Part shown: positions 10,329 to 22,607 of the stretch, piece after piece
Layout: every line of letters starts with the position of its first letter
Position numbering within the stretch: the stretch's first letter is position 1
From: Nemertoderma westbladi
Lineage: Eukaryota; Animalia; Xenacoelomorpha
Reading direction: 5' to 3'
NCBI GenBank assembly: GCA_032718475.1
Contig: JAUCBJ010001540.1
Span: 1 to 37,118 of the forward strand
DNA: 37,118 nt
Translations under genes and position numbers: made by a program
Notes under the pieces: model-generated
What the model saw: the letters and a program-made list of their open reading frames with translations, nothing else
Database searches by the model: none
Told to the model about the DNA's origin: nothing

Positions 10329-13300
10329 TTAAATTGTGCTTCGTTTCATTATTTATTCGTGTTTGGGATATTTACGCATTTTGTAGGTTCCGTCGTGTCA
10401 ACCGCTATACTGGATTCATTTAGTTTCATTCAAGTTTCCACATCTTATTAGAGGGGATGGTTCCCCGAACTTTTTTGGTATTTCACATCCGGTCCACCGT
10501 GTACCATAAACCTTGCAATCACTCACACACTCCTTGTTGCATCCGGTCCACCGTGTACCATAAACCTTGCAATCACTCACACACTCCTTGTTGCATCCGG
10601 TCCACCTCGTACCATAAACCTTGCAATCACTCACACACTCCTTGTTGCATCCGGTCCACCGTGTACCATAAACCTTGCAATCACTCACACACTCCTTGTT
10701 GCATCCGGTCCACCTCGTACCATAAACCTTGCAATCACTCACACACTCCCTGTTGCATCCGGTCCACCGTGTACCATAAACCTTGCAACCACTCACACAC
10801 TCCATGTTGCATCCGGTCCACCATGTTCCATAAACCTTGCAATCACTCACATACTCCTTGTTGTATCCGGTACACCGTGTACCATAAACCTTGCAATCAC
10901 TCACACACTCCTTGTTGCATCCGGTCCACCTCGTACCATAAACTTTGCAACCACTCACACACTCCTTGTTGCATCCGGTCCACCTCGTACCATAAACCTT
11001 GCAACCACTCACACACTCCTTGTTGCATCCGGTCCACCATGTACCATAAACCTTGCAATCACTCACACACTCCTTGTTGCATCCGGTCCACCTCGTACCA
11101 TAAACCTTGCAACCACTCACACACTCCTTTTGCATCCGATCCACCTCGTACCATAAACCTTGCAACCACCCACACACTCCTTTTGCATCCGGTCCACCGT
11201 GTACCATAAACCTTGCAATCACTCACACACTCCTTGTTGCATCCGGTCCACCTCGTACCATAAACCTTGCAACCACTCACACACTCCTTTTGCATCCGGT
11301 CCACCGTGTACCATAAACCTTGCAATCACTCACACACTCCTTGTTGCATCCGGTCCACCTCGTATCATAAACCTTGCAACCACTCACACACTCCTTGTTG
11401 CATCCGGTCCACCATGTACCATAAACCTTGCAATCACTCACACACTCCTTGTTGCATCCGGTCCACCTTGTACCGTAAACCTTTCAATCACTCCCACACT
11501 CCTTGTTGCATCCGGTCCACCATGTACCATAAACCTTGCAATCACTCACACACTCATTGTTGCATCCGGTCCACCTCGTACCATAAACCTTGTAACCACT
11601 CACACACTCCTTGTTGCATCCGGTCCACCGTGTACCATAAACCTTGCAATCATTCCCACACTCCTTGTTGCATCCGGTCCACCATGTACCATAAACCTTG
11701 CAACCACTCACACACTCCTTGTTGCATCCGGTCCACCATGTACCATAAACCTTCTCGCAATCACTCCCACATTCCTTGTTGCATCCGGTCCACCGTGTAC
11801 CATAAACCTTGCAATCACTCACACACTCCTTGTTGTATCCGGTCCACCATGTACCATAAACCTTGCAACCACTCACACACTCCTTGTTGCATCCGGTCCA
11901 CCATGTACCATAAACCTTGCAATCACTCACACACTCCTTGTTGCATCCGGTCCACCTCGTACCATAAACCTTGCAACCACTCACACACTCCTTGTTGCAT
12001 CCGGTCCACCATGTACCATAAACCTTGCAATCACTCACACACTCCTTGTTGCATCCGGTCCACCGTGTACCATAAACCTTGCAATCACTCACACACTCCT
12101 TGTTGCATCCGGTCCACCATGTACCATAAACCTTGCAATCACTCACACACTCCTTGTTGCATCCGGTCCACCGTGTACCATAAACCTTGCAATCACTCAC
12201 ACACTCCTTGTTGCATCCGGTCCACCATGTACCATAACCTTGCAATCACTCACACACTCCTTGTTGCATCCGGTCCACCATGTACCATAAACCTTGCAAT
12301 CACTCACACACTCCTTGTTGCATCCGGTCCACCATATACCATAAACCTTGCAATCACTCACACACTCCTTGTTGCATCCGGTCCACCGTGTACCATAAAC
12401 CTTGTAACCACTCACACACTCCTTGTTGCATCCGGTCCACCATGTACCATAAACCTTGCAATCACTCACACACTCCTTGTTGCATCCGGTCCACCGTGTA
12501 CCATAAACCTTGCAATCACTCACACACTCCTTGTTGCATCCGGTCCACCATGTACCATAACCTTGCAACCACTCACACACTCCTTGTTGCATCCGGTCCA
12601 CCATGTACCATAAACCTTGCAATCACTCACACACTCCTTGTTGCATCCGGTCCACAATGTACCATAAACCTTGCAACCACTCACACACTCATTGTTGCAT
12701 CCGGTCCACCTCGTACCATAAACCTTGTAACCACTCACACACTCCTTGTTGCATCCGGTCCACCGTGTACCATAAACCTTGCAATCATTCCCACACTCCT
12801 TGTTGTATCCGGTCCACCATGTACCATAAACCTTGCAACCACTCACACACTCCTTGTTGCATCCGGTCCACCATGTACCATAAACCTTGCAATCACTCAC
12901 ACACTCCTTGTTGCATCCGGTCCACCTCGTACCATAAACCTTGCAACCACTCACACACTCCTTGTTGCATCCGGTCCACCATGTACCATAAACCTTGCAA
13001 TCACTCACACACTCCTTGTTGCATCCGGTCCACCGTGTACCATAAACCTTGCAATCACTCACACACTCCTTGTTGCATCCGGTCCACCATGTACCATAAA
13101 CCTTGCAATCACTCACACACTCCTTGTTGCATCCGGTCCACCGTGTACCATAAACCTTGCAATCACTCACACACTCCTTGTTGCATCCGGTCCACCATGT
13201 ACCATAACCTTGCAATCACTCACACACTCCTTGTTGCATCCGGTCCACCATGTACCATAAACCTTGCAATCACTCACACACTCCTTGTTGCATCCGGTCC

Positions 13301-14443
13301 ACCATGTACCATAAACCTTGCAATCACTCACACACTCATTGTTGCATCCGGTCCACCGTGTACCATAAACCTTGCAATCACTCACACACTCCTTGTTGCA
13401 TCCGGTCCACCATGTACCATAAACCTTGCAATCACTCACACACTCCTTGTTGCATCCGGTCCACCGTGTACCATAAACCGTGCAATCACTCACACACTCC
13501 TTGTTGCATCCGGTCCACCTCGTACCATAAACCTTGCAATCACTCACACACTCCTTGTTGCATCCGGTCCACCATGTACCATAAACCTTGCAATCACTCC
13601 CACACTCCTTGTTGCATCCGGTCCACCATATACCATAAACCTTGCAATCACTCACACACTCCTTGTTGCATCCGGTCCACTGTGTACCATAAACCTTACA
13701 ATCACTCGCACACTCCTTGTTGCATCCGGTCCACCGTGTACCATAAACCATGCAATCACTCACACATTCCTTGTTGCATCCGGTCCACCGTGTACCATAA
13801 ACCTTGCAATCACTCACACACTCCTTGTTGCATCCGGTCCACTGTGTACCATAAACCTTACAATCACTCGCACACTCCTTGTTGCATCCGGTCCACCGTG
13901 TACCATAAACCATGCAATCACTCACACACTCCTTGTTGCATCCGGTCCACCATGTACCATAAACCTTGCATTCACTCACACACTCCTTGTTGCATCCGGT
14001 CCACCATGTACCATAAACCTTGCATTCACTCACACACTCCTTGTTGCATCCGGTCCACCATGTACCATAAACCTTGCAATCACTCACACACTCCTTGTTG
14101 CACTCACAGGATGCGAATGTAGATCCGTTGTATTCTGGTATATAATAGTCAAACAAATAAGTTGATATGCTTCCTTCTTCTATAAATCCACCCACCTCCA
14201 ACCGGTATCAATCTTACCAATCTAATACCCATAATCAGACCGGAATCCGTCTATGTATCTGGTATCATTGCATTGTGTATCGAATTCCTAAGTCGAATTC
14301 TTTTTCCGTTTCCTTCTCTGAATAACTAACCATCCGTCTTCACATTCGATCTAATTCTTTGGACCGACACCGAAAGGGGAACCGGTAACTATTCCGTTAC
14401 GTTTCCCATCAGCACAAGGAATGTCTATTCATGAGCTACAATA
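10329..14443 (-). pseudogene. Fibrinogen-related-domain (FReD/FBG) pseudogene, internally expanded by the 54-bp array
   Basis: Minus-strand translation: YCSS*IDI...NGIVT...C-EDGWLVIQRR (GWLVIQRR at 14335-14312)...YIDGFRSDYGY*IG, then YRLEVGGF...EYNGSTF...C...[array: C..YGTWWTGC]...CGNLN..*IQYSG*HDGTY...IMKR. This is the FBG motif order, with several nonsense codons and the central segment missing. Confidence 0.75.
10486..14100. repeat. 54-bp tandem array (~67 units)
   Basis: Unit CATCCGGTCCACC(GT/TC/AT)GTACCATAAACCTTGCAA(T/C)CACTCACACACTCCTTGTTG, with occasional 53- and 56-bp units and higher-order block duplications. Confidence 0.98.
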
Positions 14444-14809
14444 GATACGACCCGCCAAGCTGCTGCAAAGCCCCAAAATTTATGGGCTAGTTATTTCTCT
14501 TAGATAGAATCCCTGAAACAATAGGTCTAGCGCGTCGAAAGTATTTGCCCCTAACTAAAATTATATCCTCTTTCAGATGAGACAAATAAAAATTTAATAA
14601 TAGCTCCAGAAGTTTTCGAGATATGAGAAGTTCTTGGTACCCATGCCATATCAGCACCTTTCGGAATTGATAAATTTACACAAAATGCATCACCCTTCAA
14701 GACTTTGGTATAACCATTAAATCATACTATGCTTTTTTGTTTTGTTGAATTCATTATTAGTATTAATACAACAACATTTGCATGTTGTTATATTTGTTAT
14801 TAGTCAGTT

Positions 14810-15875
14810 ATTTGTGCCCACTGGAGCACGAAAAAAACAAGTAGTGGAAATATGATAATGAAAAATCACCACGAAAACAAATTGAATATGAACATATCGT
14901 TTTTTGGGATGCTGATCACGAATATGACACTGAAAAATATCCTACCTTGTTGATTACGGCTTTTTTTGGATACGTGTCAATGTGCGGCACGATAAATACA
15001 AGTAGCACAAATGAAAAAATGAAAAATCATTACCAAATCAACCTGATTTTATGGCGTTATGGGTTTTCTGGGACGCCGATCACGAATGTGACACTCAAAA
15101 ATATCGTTTAATCCACCAAATTCTATGTTTGCCGTTTGAAATTTTATCCTACTTGTATTTTTCGTCCCACTAGACAAACATCAAAATCGATAGTTGCGAT
15201 ACCACGAATGATTTTTAACGAGTAGTATCGTTATCAGCGGCTTTGAAAACCGGTATAGCTTCAGAATTACCAAACCAAAGGTAAAATTTAACAGTTTGAA
15301 ATTCGTTCTGGGGCATCATAATGGCACTAAAAATGATGTTTGCATTTCCAGAAATATTTATAACTAGTTTCTTCGTGATCAGCAAGGTTCCACCTTGGTG
15401 TAGTGGTTGCATTGAATTCACATCTCCCGTAGGTCGTGGGTTCGATCCTCACATGGGCCAGGGCAGTTTTCGTTTCGGCACGAATGCTTTAAAGGGACCA
15501 GCCAGGGCGCATCTCTGCCTTGCATCCTTAAGTGGTAGCTAAATGAGTACTGGAGTTTCCTCTGGGGAGTAAAGTTCTGGGGGGACCGCACTGGAAATAA
15601 GTCGTCAGACTTTCTGCGTAATCCCTGGCCTAGCGGCCGAAGAAAATTTACTTTACTTTACTTTACTTTTATCAGCGACTCCGACAACCCGTATATGTAC
15701 CTTCAGAATTATTAAACCAAACACAACATTTTTTAGTTTACTTGTACTTTTCGTCCTGGGGGACCAAAATAGCACCAAAAATGATGGTTGCAATGCCAGA
15801 AAATATTTTTAACAAGTTTTATCGTGGTTTAAGGTTTATCTTTAACAATTTTCGGTGTCCTCGAAAACCCTTATA
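14810..15875. mobile_element. Degenerate modular inverted-repeat (foldback/MITE-like) element hosting the SINE
   Basis: Two modules (CACGA..ACAAGTAG ... GGGA(T/C)GC(T/C)GATCACGAAT(A/G)TGACACT) at ~14830-14940 and ~14985-15100. Reverse-complementary modules (TACTTGTA(T/C)TTTTCGTCC; TCGTGATCAGC) at ~15148-15383 and 15671-15870. Confidence 0.45.
15384..15670 (+). mobile_element. tRNA-derived SINE with Deu/Nin-like core and (TTTAC)n tail
   Basis: A box TGGTGTAGTGG at 15396-15406, B box GGTTCGATCC at 15439-15448, core CTCTGCCTTGCATCCTTAAGTGGTAGCTAAATGAGTAC at 15513-15550, tail at 15647-15670. TSD ATCAGC at 15378-15383 and 15671-15676. Confidence 0.85.
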
Positions 15876-15883
15876 CCACAGTT

Positions 15884-16110
15884 TCAGTTCAGGCCATTAC
15901 ACATGAACTGGAAGTTGTTCAGTTTTATTCAGGTTTTACACATGAACTGTAAGTTGTTCAGTTTAATTTCCCATGAACTGTAAGTTGTTCAGTTTTATTC
16001 AGGTTTTACACATGAACTGTAAGTTGTTCAGTTTTATTCAGGTTTTACACATGAACTGTAAGTTGTTCAGTTTTATTCAGGTTTTACACATGAACTGTAA
16101 GTTGTTTAGT
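15884..16110. repeat. 39-bp minisatellite (~5.5 copies)
   Basis: Unit CATGAACTGTAAGTTGTTCAGTTTTATTCAGGTTTTACA. Confidence 0.95.
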
Positions 16111-17800
16111 TTCAGTTTCAACCCTAGATATGGGGCGGTGATTACATCGAGACTTCAGTTTTCCACTTCGTTGTTTATTGCTTAGTGTCTTATAGGTTAT
16201 AGAACTCGCCCAGAGGTAACTGGGGCGTCCAAAAAATGGCGTCCAGAAATGGGGAACCTGTCATCCAGGGGGGGGTGGGGGGGCATTCCACCTGCGTTAT
16301 TCCAGGGGGGCATTCCAGGGGTACCGTACATTTAGCCCCAGGGAAACAATATTGTGCGACACATCGACATAAACCCCACTCTATCAGGTTTCACCGTCAC
16401 TCTCACATACAGATGATGTATGGAAATATATTTAACATGTATTTAGTATTACAAATTACAGTATATATTATAATAAGATTGCAGTTAATTATTATTTTGC
16501 ATGATATATCAATATTATTAAATTAAATGTTGTGCAACAAAATATTAATTGACGTGTACATCCTATAGTAAATACACAGCAATTACGGTTAGAAAACGTA
16601 TTAAAGTTATTTCTAAAAATTGCCTTTATTACCAAAATTGCAAAGTAGTGTAGTACTGTACTACTGTATACTACAGTGTACTGTAGTTATAGCGGCTGAC
16701 AGCTTGTTGCATTCGTGTAACGGTATTCTACGAAGTGCTTCACTTATGATAAGCGACGTATAATAGAGGTACAAAGCAGTATAACTGCCGTACTGCTGGG
16801 AACATCTTATATCCGTCAAAAGTAGGCTACCGATATACGGGATAAATAAATCACATGTATTTCAGCACTTTATATCCATTCGGGATTTATAGTCCAGTTT
16901 ATACCCTTCCACCCATTATATAAAGAACAAGCTTCCATATAATACGATAATAAAGGCTAATAGTAGTGATTAATAGTTATTTTTAGTAATAATAATAGCT
17001 ACAATAATTTACAGTAGTGCTCGATTGCATTCACTAAGATTATAAACTTGTTATAGAATTGTACATTTTCCTTTTTCTGCCCAAGGATTGTCCTTTTTAT
17101 CCACAGGATGTACTAATGCGTCATTTTGTTCATTGTCTGTAACATATTTCACCAATCTGTAAATTTAATCAAAATAATTACTGAAAATATTATATATATG
17201 TTATTAAATTATTAAAGTAGCACTTTATAGCGTGGCTAGAGTACTGTAGTTGTTCCTATCTGAATTAGGACAGTTTATGCTGTATTCCTGTAATTGTTTT
17301 ACGGTTAACAGCAATTGATAGAAAACTATGGAGTACTCGTAGAGAACACCTATATAAAAATGTTAAAGAATATTCACACACATGGCCAGATAAAGTTTAA
17401 TACAGGCAAAACTAAAAGATTATTTTGAGACTAAAATACAATAATTAGTTAACAAGATGGTAGTAATAAAAAGCATAGATAAATAAATAGTACTAGGTAG
17501 GACTGCCTGTAGTAGGCCTACACCAATTTTGGCCTTAACTGTTTTGACCTTAGGTGTTTGACCTTACAGTAGGTGTTATATTGGTTTTTGATTTAAATAG
17601 AGATTCGGATTTGGAATTGTGATTCAGAGATATCAATAAGTATTTAACGAATTGATTTAACTTATATTTTTAAAAATATTAACAATCAGAAAAATTTGAA
17701 TTAATGTTTCTCTTTCTGTCAACAATAAAAAAATTATTTGAAACTCGTAATGGTCTTAATGGGAAGACATTTTTTGTTATACAGTACCTGCTCAATAACT

Positions 17801-17910
17801 AGGAGCACAACTTGGGATAGGAGTAGCGCCCACCCCTATACCGTCGGGAAACAGCTATCAAAAGAGGAGCCTTCGGTTCGCTTCCGGCCTCGGCCGACTG
17901 TTTGTTTTGC
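17801..17910 (+). mobile_element. Truncated fragment of an RTE-associated SINE-like element
   Basis: GGAGTAGCGCCCACCCCTATACCGTCGG..AGCTATCAAAAGAGGAGCCTTCGGTTCGC..CGGCC followed by a T-rich tail resembles, from memory, invertebrate RTE-partner SINE 3' regions. Not verified. Confidence 0.4.
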
Positions 17911-18280
17911 TTGATACAGGAAACAGTACCTATTTTGAACGATGATGTCACATTTTAATCACTTATGTTATGGTCAGTAACAGCATCAGGAGAGGAAGGT
18001 TTTAATGTATATTATCAGGCCGAGCGCAATCATGAGATGGATGGGAAGAATATTAATAATTAAACAGATTACATACAGAGAGACTTATTCATAAAGAGAG
18101 ACTTATTCAGTGTCTCTGTTGGCGGCTTGAACGCTAACTGACTGAAAGAGAAAAAATCTAACTGTTAATACAATTTTATAAATGTAAATCGCGTAATTAA
18201 ATCAATTAACATAAATTTATCAATTATTGATATCTCAGAATCACTATATTTACTAACTTACCTCGGTACAACAGTACAGC

Positions 18281-21200
18281 ATTTACTAACTCTGGTACTC
18301 TAATAAACTTACTTTGCAAATACAGTGCAGTATTTACTGACTCTGGTACTCTAATAAACTTACTTTTGTACAAAAGTAGTTTTTTACTGACTCTGGTACT
18401 CTAATAAACTTACTTTGCAACTACAGTGCGGCATTTACTGACTCTGGTACTCTAATAAACTTACTTTGCAACTACAGTGCGGCATTTACTGACTCTGGTA
18501 CTCTAATAAACTTACTTTGCAACTACAGTGCGGCATTTACTGACTCTGGTACTCTAATAAACTTACTTTGCAAATACAGTGTACAGTATTTACTGACTCT
18601 GGTACTCTAATAAACTTACTTTGCAAATACAGTGCAGTATTTACTGACTCTGGTACTCTAATAAACTTACTTTGCAAATACAGTGCAGTATTTACTGACT
18701 CTGGTACTCTAATAAACTTACTTTTGTACAACAGTAGTTTTTTACTGACTCTGGTACTCTAATAAACTTACTTTGCAACTACAGTGCGGCATTTACTGAC
18801 TCTGGTACTCTAATAAACTTACTTTGCAACTACAGTGCGGCATTTACTGACTCTGGTACTCTAATAAACTTACTTTTGTACAACAGTAGTTTTTTACTGA
18901 CTCTGGTACTCTAATAAACTTACTTTGCAACTACAGTGCACTATTTACTGACTCTGGTACTCTAATAAACTTACTTTGCAAATACAGTGCAGTATTTACT
19001 GACTCTGGTACTCTAATAAACTTACTTTTGTACAACAGTAGTTTTTTACTGACTCTGGTACTCTAATAAACTTACTTTTGTACAACAGTAGTTTTTGACT
19101 GACTCTGGTACTCTAATAAACTTACTTTGTAAATACAGTGCAGTATTTACTGACTCTGGTACTCTAATAAACTTACTTTTGTACAACAGTAGTTTTTGAC
19201 TGACTCTGGTACTCTAATAAACTTACTTTGCAAATACAGTGCATTATTTACTGACTCTGGTACTCTAATAAACTTACTTTGCAACTACAGTGCGGCATTT
19301 ACTGACTCTGGTACTCTAATAAACTTACTTTGCAACTACAGTGCAGTATTTACTGACTCTGGTACTCGAATAAACTTACTTTGCAAATACAGTGCAGTAT
19401 TTACTGACTCTGGTACTCTAATAAACTTACTTTGCAAATACAGTGCATTATTTACTGACTCTGGTACTCTAATAAACTTACTTTGCAACTGCAGTGCGGC
19501 ATTTACTGACTCTGGTACTCGAATAAACTTACTTTGCAAATACAGTGCAGTATTTACTGACTCTGGTACTCTAATAAACTTACTTTGCAAATACAGTGCA
19601 TTATTTACTGACTCTGGTACTCTAATAAACTTACTTTGCAACTGCAGTGCGGCATTTACTGACTCTGGTACTCTAATAAACTTACTTTTGTACAACAGTA
19701 GTTTTTTACTGACTCTGGTACTCTAATAAACTTACTTTGCAAATACAGTGCATTATTTACTGACTCTGGTACTCTAATAAACTTACTTTGCAACTGCAGT
19801 GCGGCATTTACTGACTCTGGTACTCTAATAAACTTACTTTTGTACAACAGTAGTTTTTTTACTGACTCTGGTACTCTAATAAACTTACTTTTGTACAACA
19901 GTAGTTTTTGACTGACTCTGGTACTCTAATAAACTTACTTTGCAAATACAGTGCAGTATTTACTGACTCTGGTACTCTAATAAACTTACTTTTGTACAAC
20001 AGTAGTTTTTTACTGACTCTGGTACTCTAATAAACTTACTTTGCAACTACAGTGCGGCATTTACTGACTCTGGTACTCGAATAAACTTACTTTGCAACTA
20101 CAGTGCGGCATTTACTGACTCTGGTACTCTAATAAACTTACTTTTGTACAACAGTAGTTTTTTACTGACTCTGGTACTCTAATAAACTTACTTTGCAACT
20201 ACAGTGCGGCATTTACTGACTCTGGTACTCTAATAAACTTACTTTGCAACTACAGTGCGGCATTTACTGACTCTGGTACTCTAATAAACTTACTTTGCAA
20301 CTACAATGCGGCATTTACTGACTCTGGTACTCTAATAAACTTACTTTGCAACTATAGTGCAGTATTTAATAATGTATTTAATAATAATTTAACGGTTGTG
20401 TGCTTGTTTTACTCGTTTTTATGGGCTAAGGCCTGGATTAAAGGTAATAATAATAATAATAATATTTACTGACTCTGGTACTCGAATAAACTTACTTTGC
20501 AAATACAGTGCAGTATTTACTGACTCTGGTACTCTAATAAACTTACTTTGGTACAACAGTAGTTTTACTGACTCTGGTACTCTAATAAACTTACTTTGCA
20601 AATACAGTGCAGTATTTACTGACTCTGGTACTCTAATCAACTTACTTTGCAACTACAGTGCGGCATTTACTGACTCTGGTACTCTAATAAACTTACTTTG
20701 CAACTACAGTGCGGCATTTACTGACTCTGGTACTCTAATAAACTTACTTTGCAACTACAGTGCGGCATTTACTGACTCTGGTACTCTAATAAACTTACTT
20801 TTGTACAACAGTAGTTTTTTACTGACTCTGGTACTCTAATAAACTTACTTTGCAAATACAGTGCAGTATTTACTGACTCTGGTACTCTAATCAACTTACT
20901 TTGCAACTACAGTGCGGCATTTACTGACTCTGGTACTCTAATAAACTTACTTTGCAACTACAGTGCGGCATTTACTGACTCTGGTACTCTAATAAACTTA
21001 CTTTGCAACTACAGTGCGGCATTTACTGACTCTGGTACTCTAATAAACTTACTTTTGTACAACAGTAGTTTTTTACTGACTCTGGTACTCTAATAAACTT
21101 ACTTTGCAAATACAGTGCAGTATTTACTGACTCTGGTACTCTAATCAACTTACTTTGCAACTACAGTGCGGCATTTACTGACTCTGGTACTCTAATAAAC

Positions 21201-22607
21201 TTACTTTGCAACTACAATGCGGCATTTACTGACTCTGGTACTCTAATAAACTTACTTTGCAACTATAGTGCAGTATTTAATAATGTATTTAATAATAATT
21301 TAACGGTTGTGTGCTTGTTTTACTCGTTTTTATGGGCTAAGGCCTGGATTAAAGGTAATAATAATAATAATAATATTTACTGACTCTGGTACTCGAATAA
21401 ACTTACTTTGCAAATACAGTGCAGTATTTACTGACTCTGGTACTCTAATAAACTTACTTTGGTACAACAGTAGTTTTACTGACTCTGGTACTCTAATAAA
21501 CTTACTTTGCAAATACAGTGCAGTATTTACTGACTCTGGTACTCTAATCAACTTACTTTGCAACTACAGTGCAGTATTTACTGACTCTGGTACTCTAATA
21601 AACTTACTTTGCAACTACAGTGCGGCATTTACTGACTCTGGTACTCTAATAAACTTACTTTGCAACTACAGTGCGGCATTTACTGACTCTGGTACTCTAA
21701 TAAACTTACTTTGCAACTACAGTGCGGCATTTACTGACTCTGGTACTCTAATAAACTTACTTTTGTACAACAGTAGTTTTTGACTGACTCTGGTACTCTA
21801 ATAAACTTACTTTGCAAATACAGTGCAGTATTTACTGACTCTGGTACTCTAATCAACTTACTTTGCAACTACAGTGCGGCATTTACTGACTCTGGTACTC
21901 TAATAAACTTACTTTGGTACAACAGTAGTTTTACTGACTCTGGTACTCTAATAAACTTACTTTGCAAATACAGTGCAGTATTTACTGACTCTGGTACTCT
22001 AATAAACTTACTTTGGTACAACAATAGTTTTACTGACTCTGGTACTCTAATAAACTTACTTTGCAAATACAGTGCAGTATTTACTGACTCTGGTACTCTA
22101 ATAAACTTACTTTGCAACTACAGTGCAGTATTTACTGACTCTGGTACTCTAATAAACTTACTTTGCAACTACAGTGCGGCATTTACTGACTCTGGTACTC
22201 TAATAAACTTACTTTGCAACTACAGTGCGGCATTTACTAACTCTGGTACTCTAATAAACTTACTTTTGTACAACAGTAGTTTTTGACTGACTCTGGTACT
22301 CTAATAAACTTACTTTGCAACTACAGTGCGGCATTTACTGACTCTGGTACTCTAATAAACTTACTTTGCAACTACAGTGCGGCATTTACTAACTCTGGTA
22401 CTCTAATAAACTTACTTTTGTACAACAGTAGTTTTTGACTGACTCTGGTACTCTAATAAACTTACTTTGCAAATACAGTGCAGTATTTACTGACTCTGGT
22501 ACTCTAATCAACTTACTTTGCAACTACAGTGCGGCATTTACTGACTCTGGTACTCTAATAAACTTACTTTGCAACTACAGTGCGGCATTTACTGACTCTG
22601 GTACTCT
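18281..22607. repeat. ~51-bp satellite (~80 units) with a constant core and a few alternative tails
   Basis: Core TTTACTGACTCTGGTACTCTAATAAACTTACTTT followed by GCAAATACAGTGCAGTA, GCAACTACAGTGCGGCA or (T/G)GTACAACAGTAGTT(T)n. The array stops mid-unit at the LTR start. Confidence 0.97.
20369..20468 (+). mobile_element. 100-bp insertion in the satellite, like a 5'-truncated retroposon 3' end; second copy at 21280-21379
   Basis: Unique sequence ending ATTAAAGG(TAA)n, flanked by TATTTA at 20363-20368 and 20463-20468. An identical copy lies 911 bp downstream. Confidence 0.7.

Noticed and set aside
10457-14165. Long plus-strand His/Cys-rich and TINLAITHTLLVASGPP ORFs
   Set aside because: They arise because a 54-bp unit lacks stops in several frames. 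Only the minus frame joins recognisable flanking protein sequence, and that gene is broken.
15390-15460. Possible tRNA gene
   Set aside because: A and B boxes are present but there is no full cloverleaf, and the sequence continues into a SINE core, tail and TSD.
16215-16345. G-run cluster as a functional G-quadruplex or element end
   Set aside because: G-tracts are present, but there is no partner terminus, TSD or other support.
18281-22607. CRISPR-like look (constant ~34-bp repeat plus variable segment) and FTDSGTLINLL ORFs
   Set aside because: The variable parts are three recurring short variants, not unique spacers; there are no cas genes and the context is eukaryotic. The ORFs are repeat artefacts.
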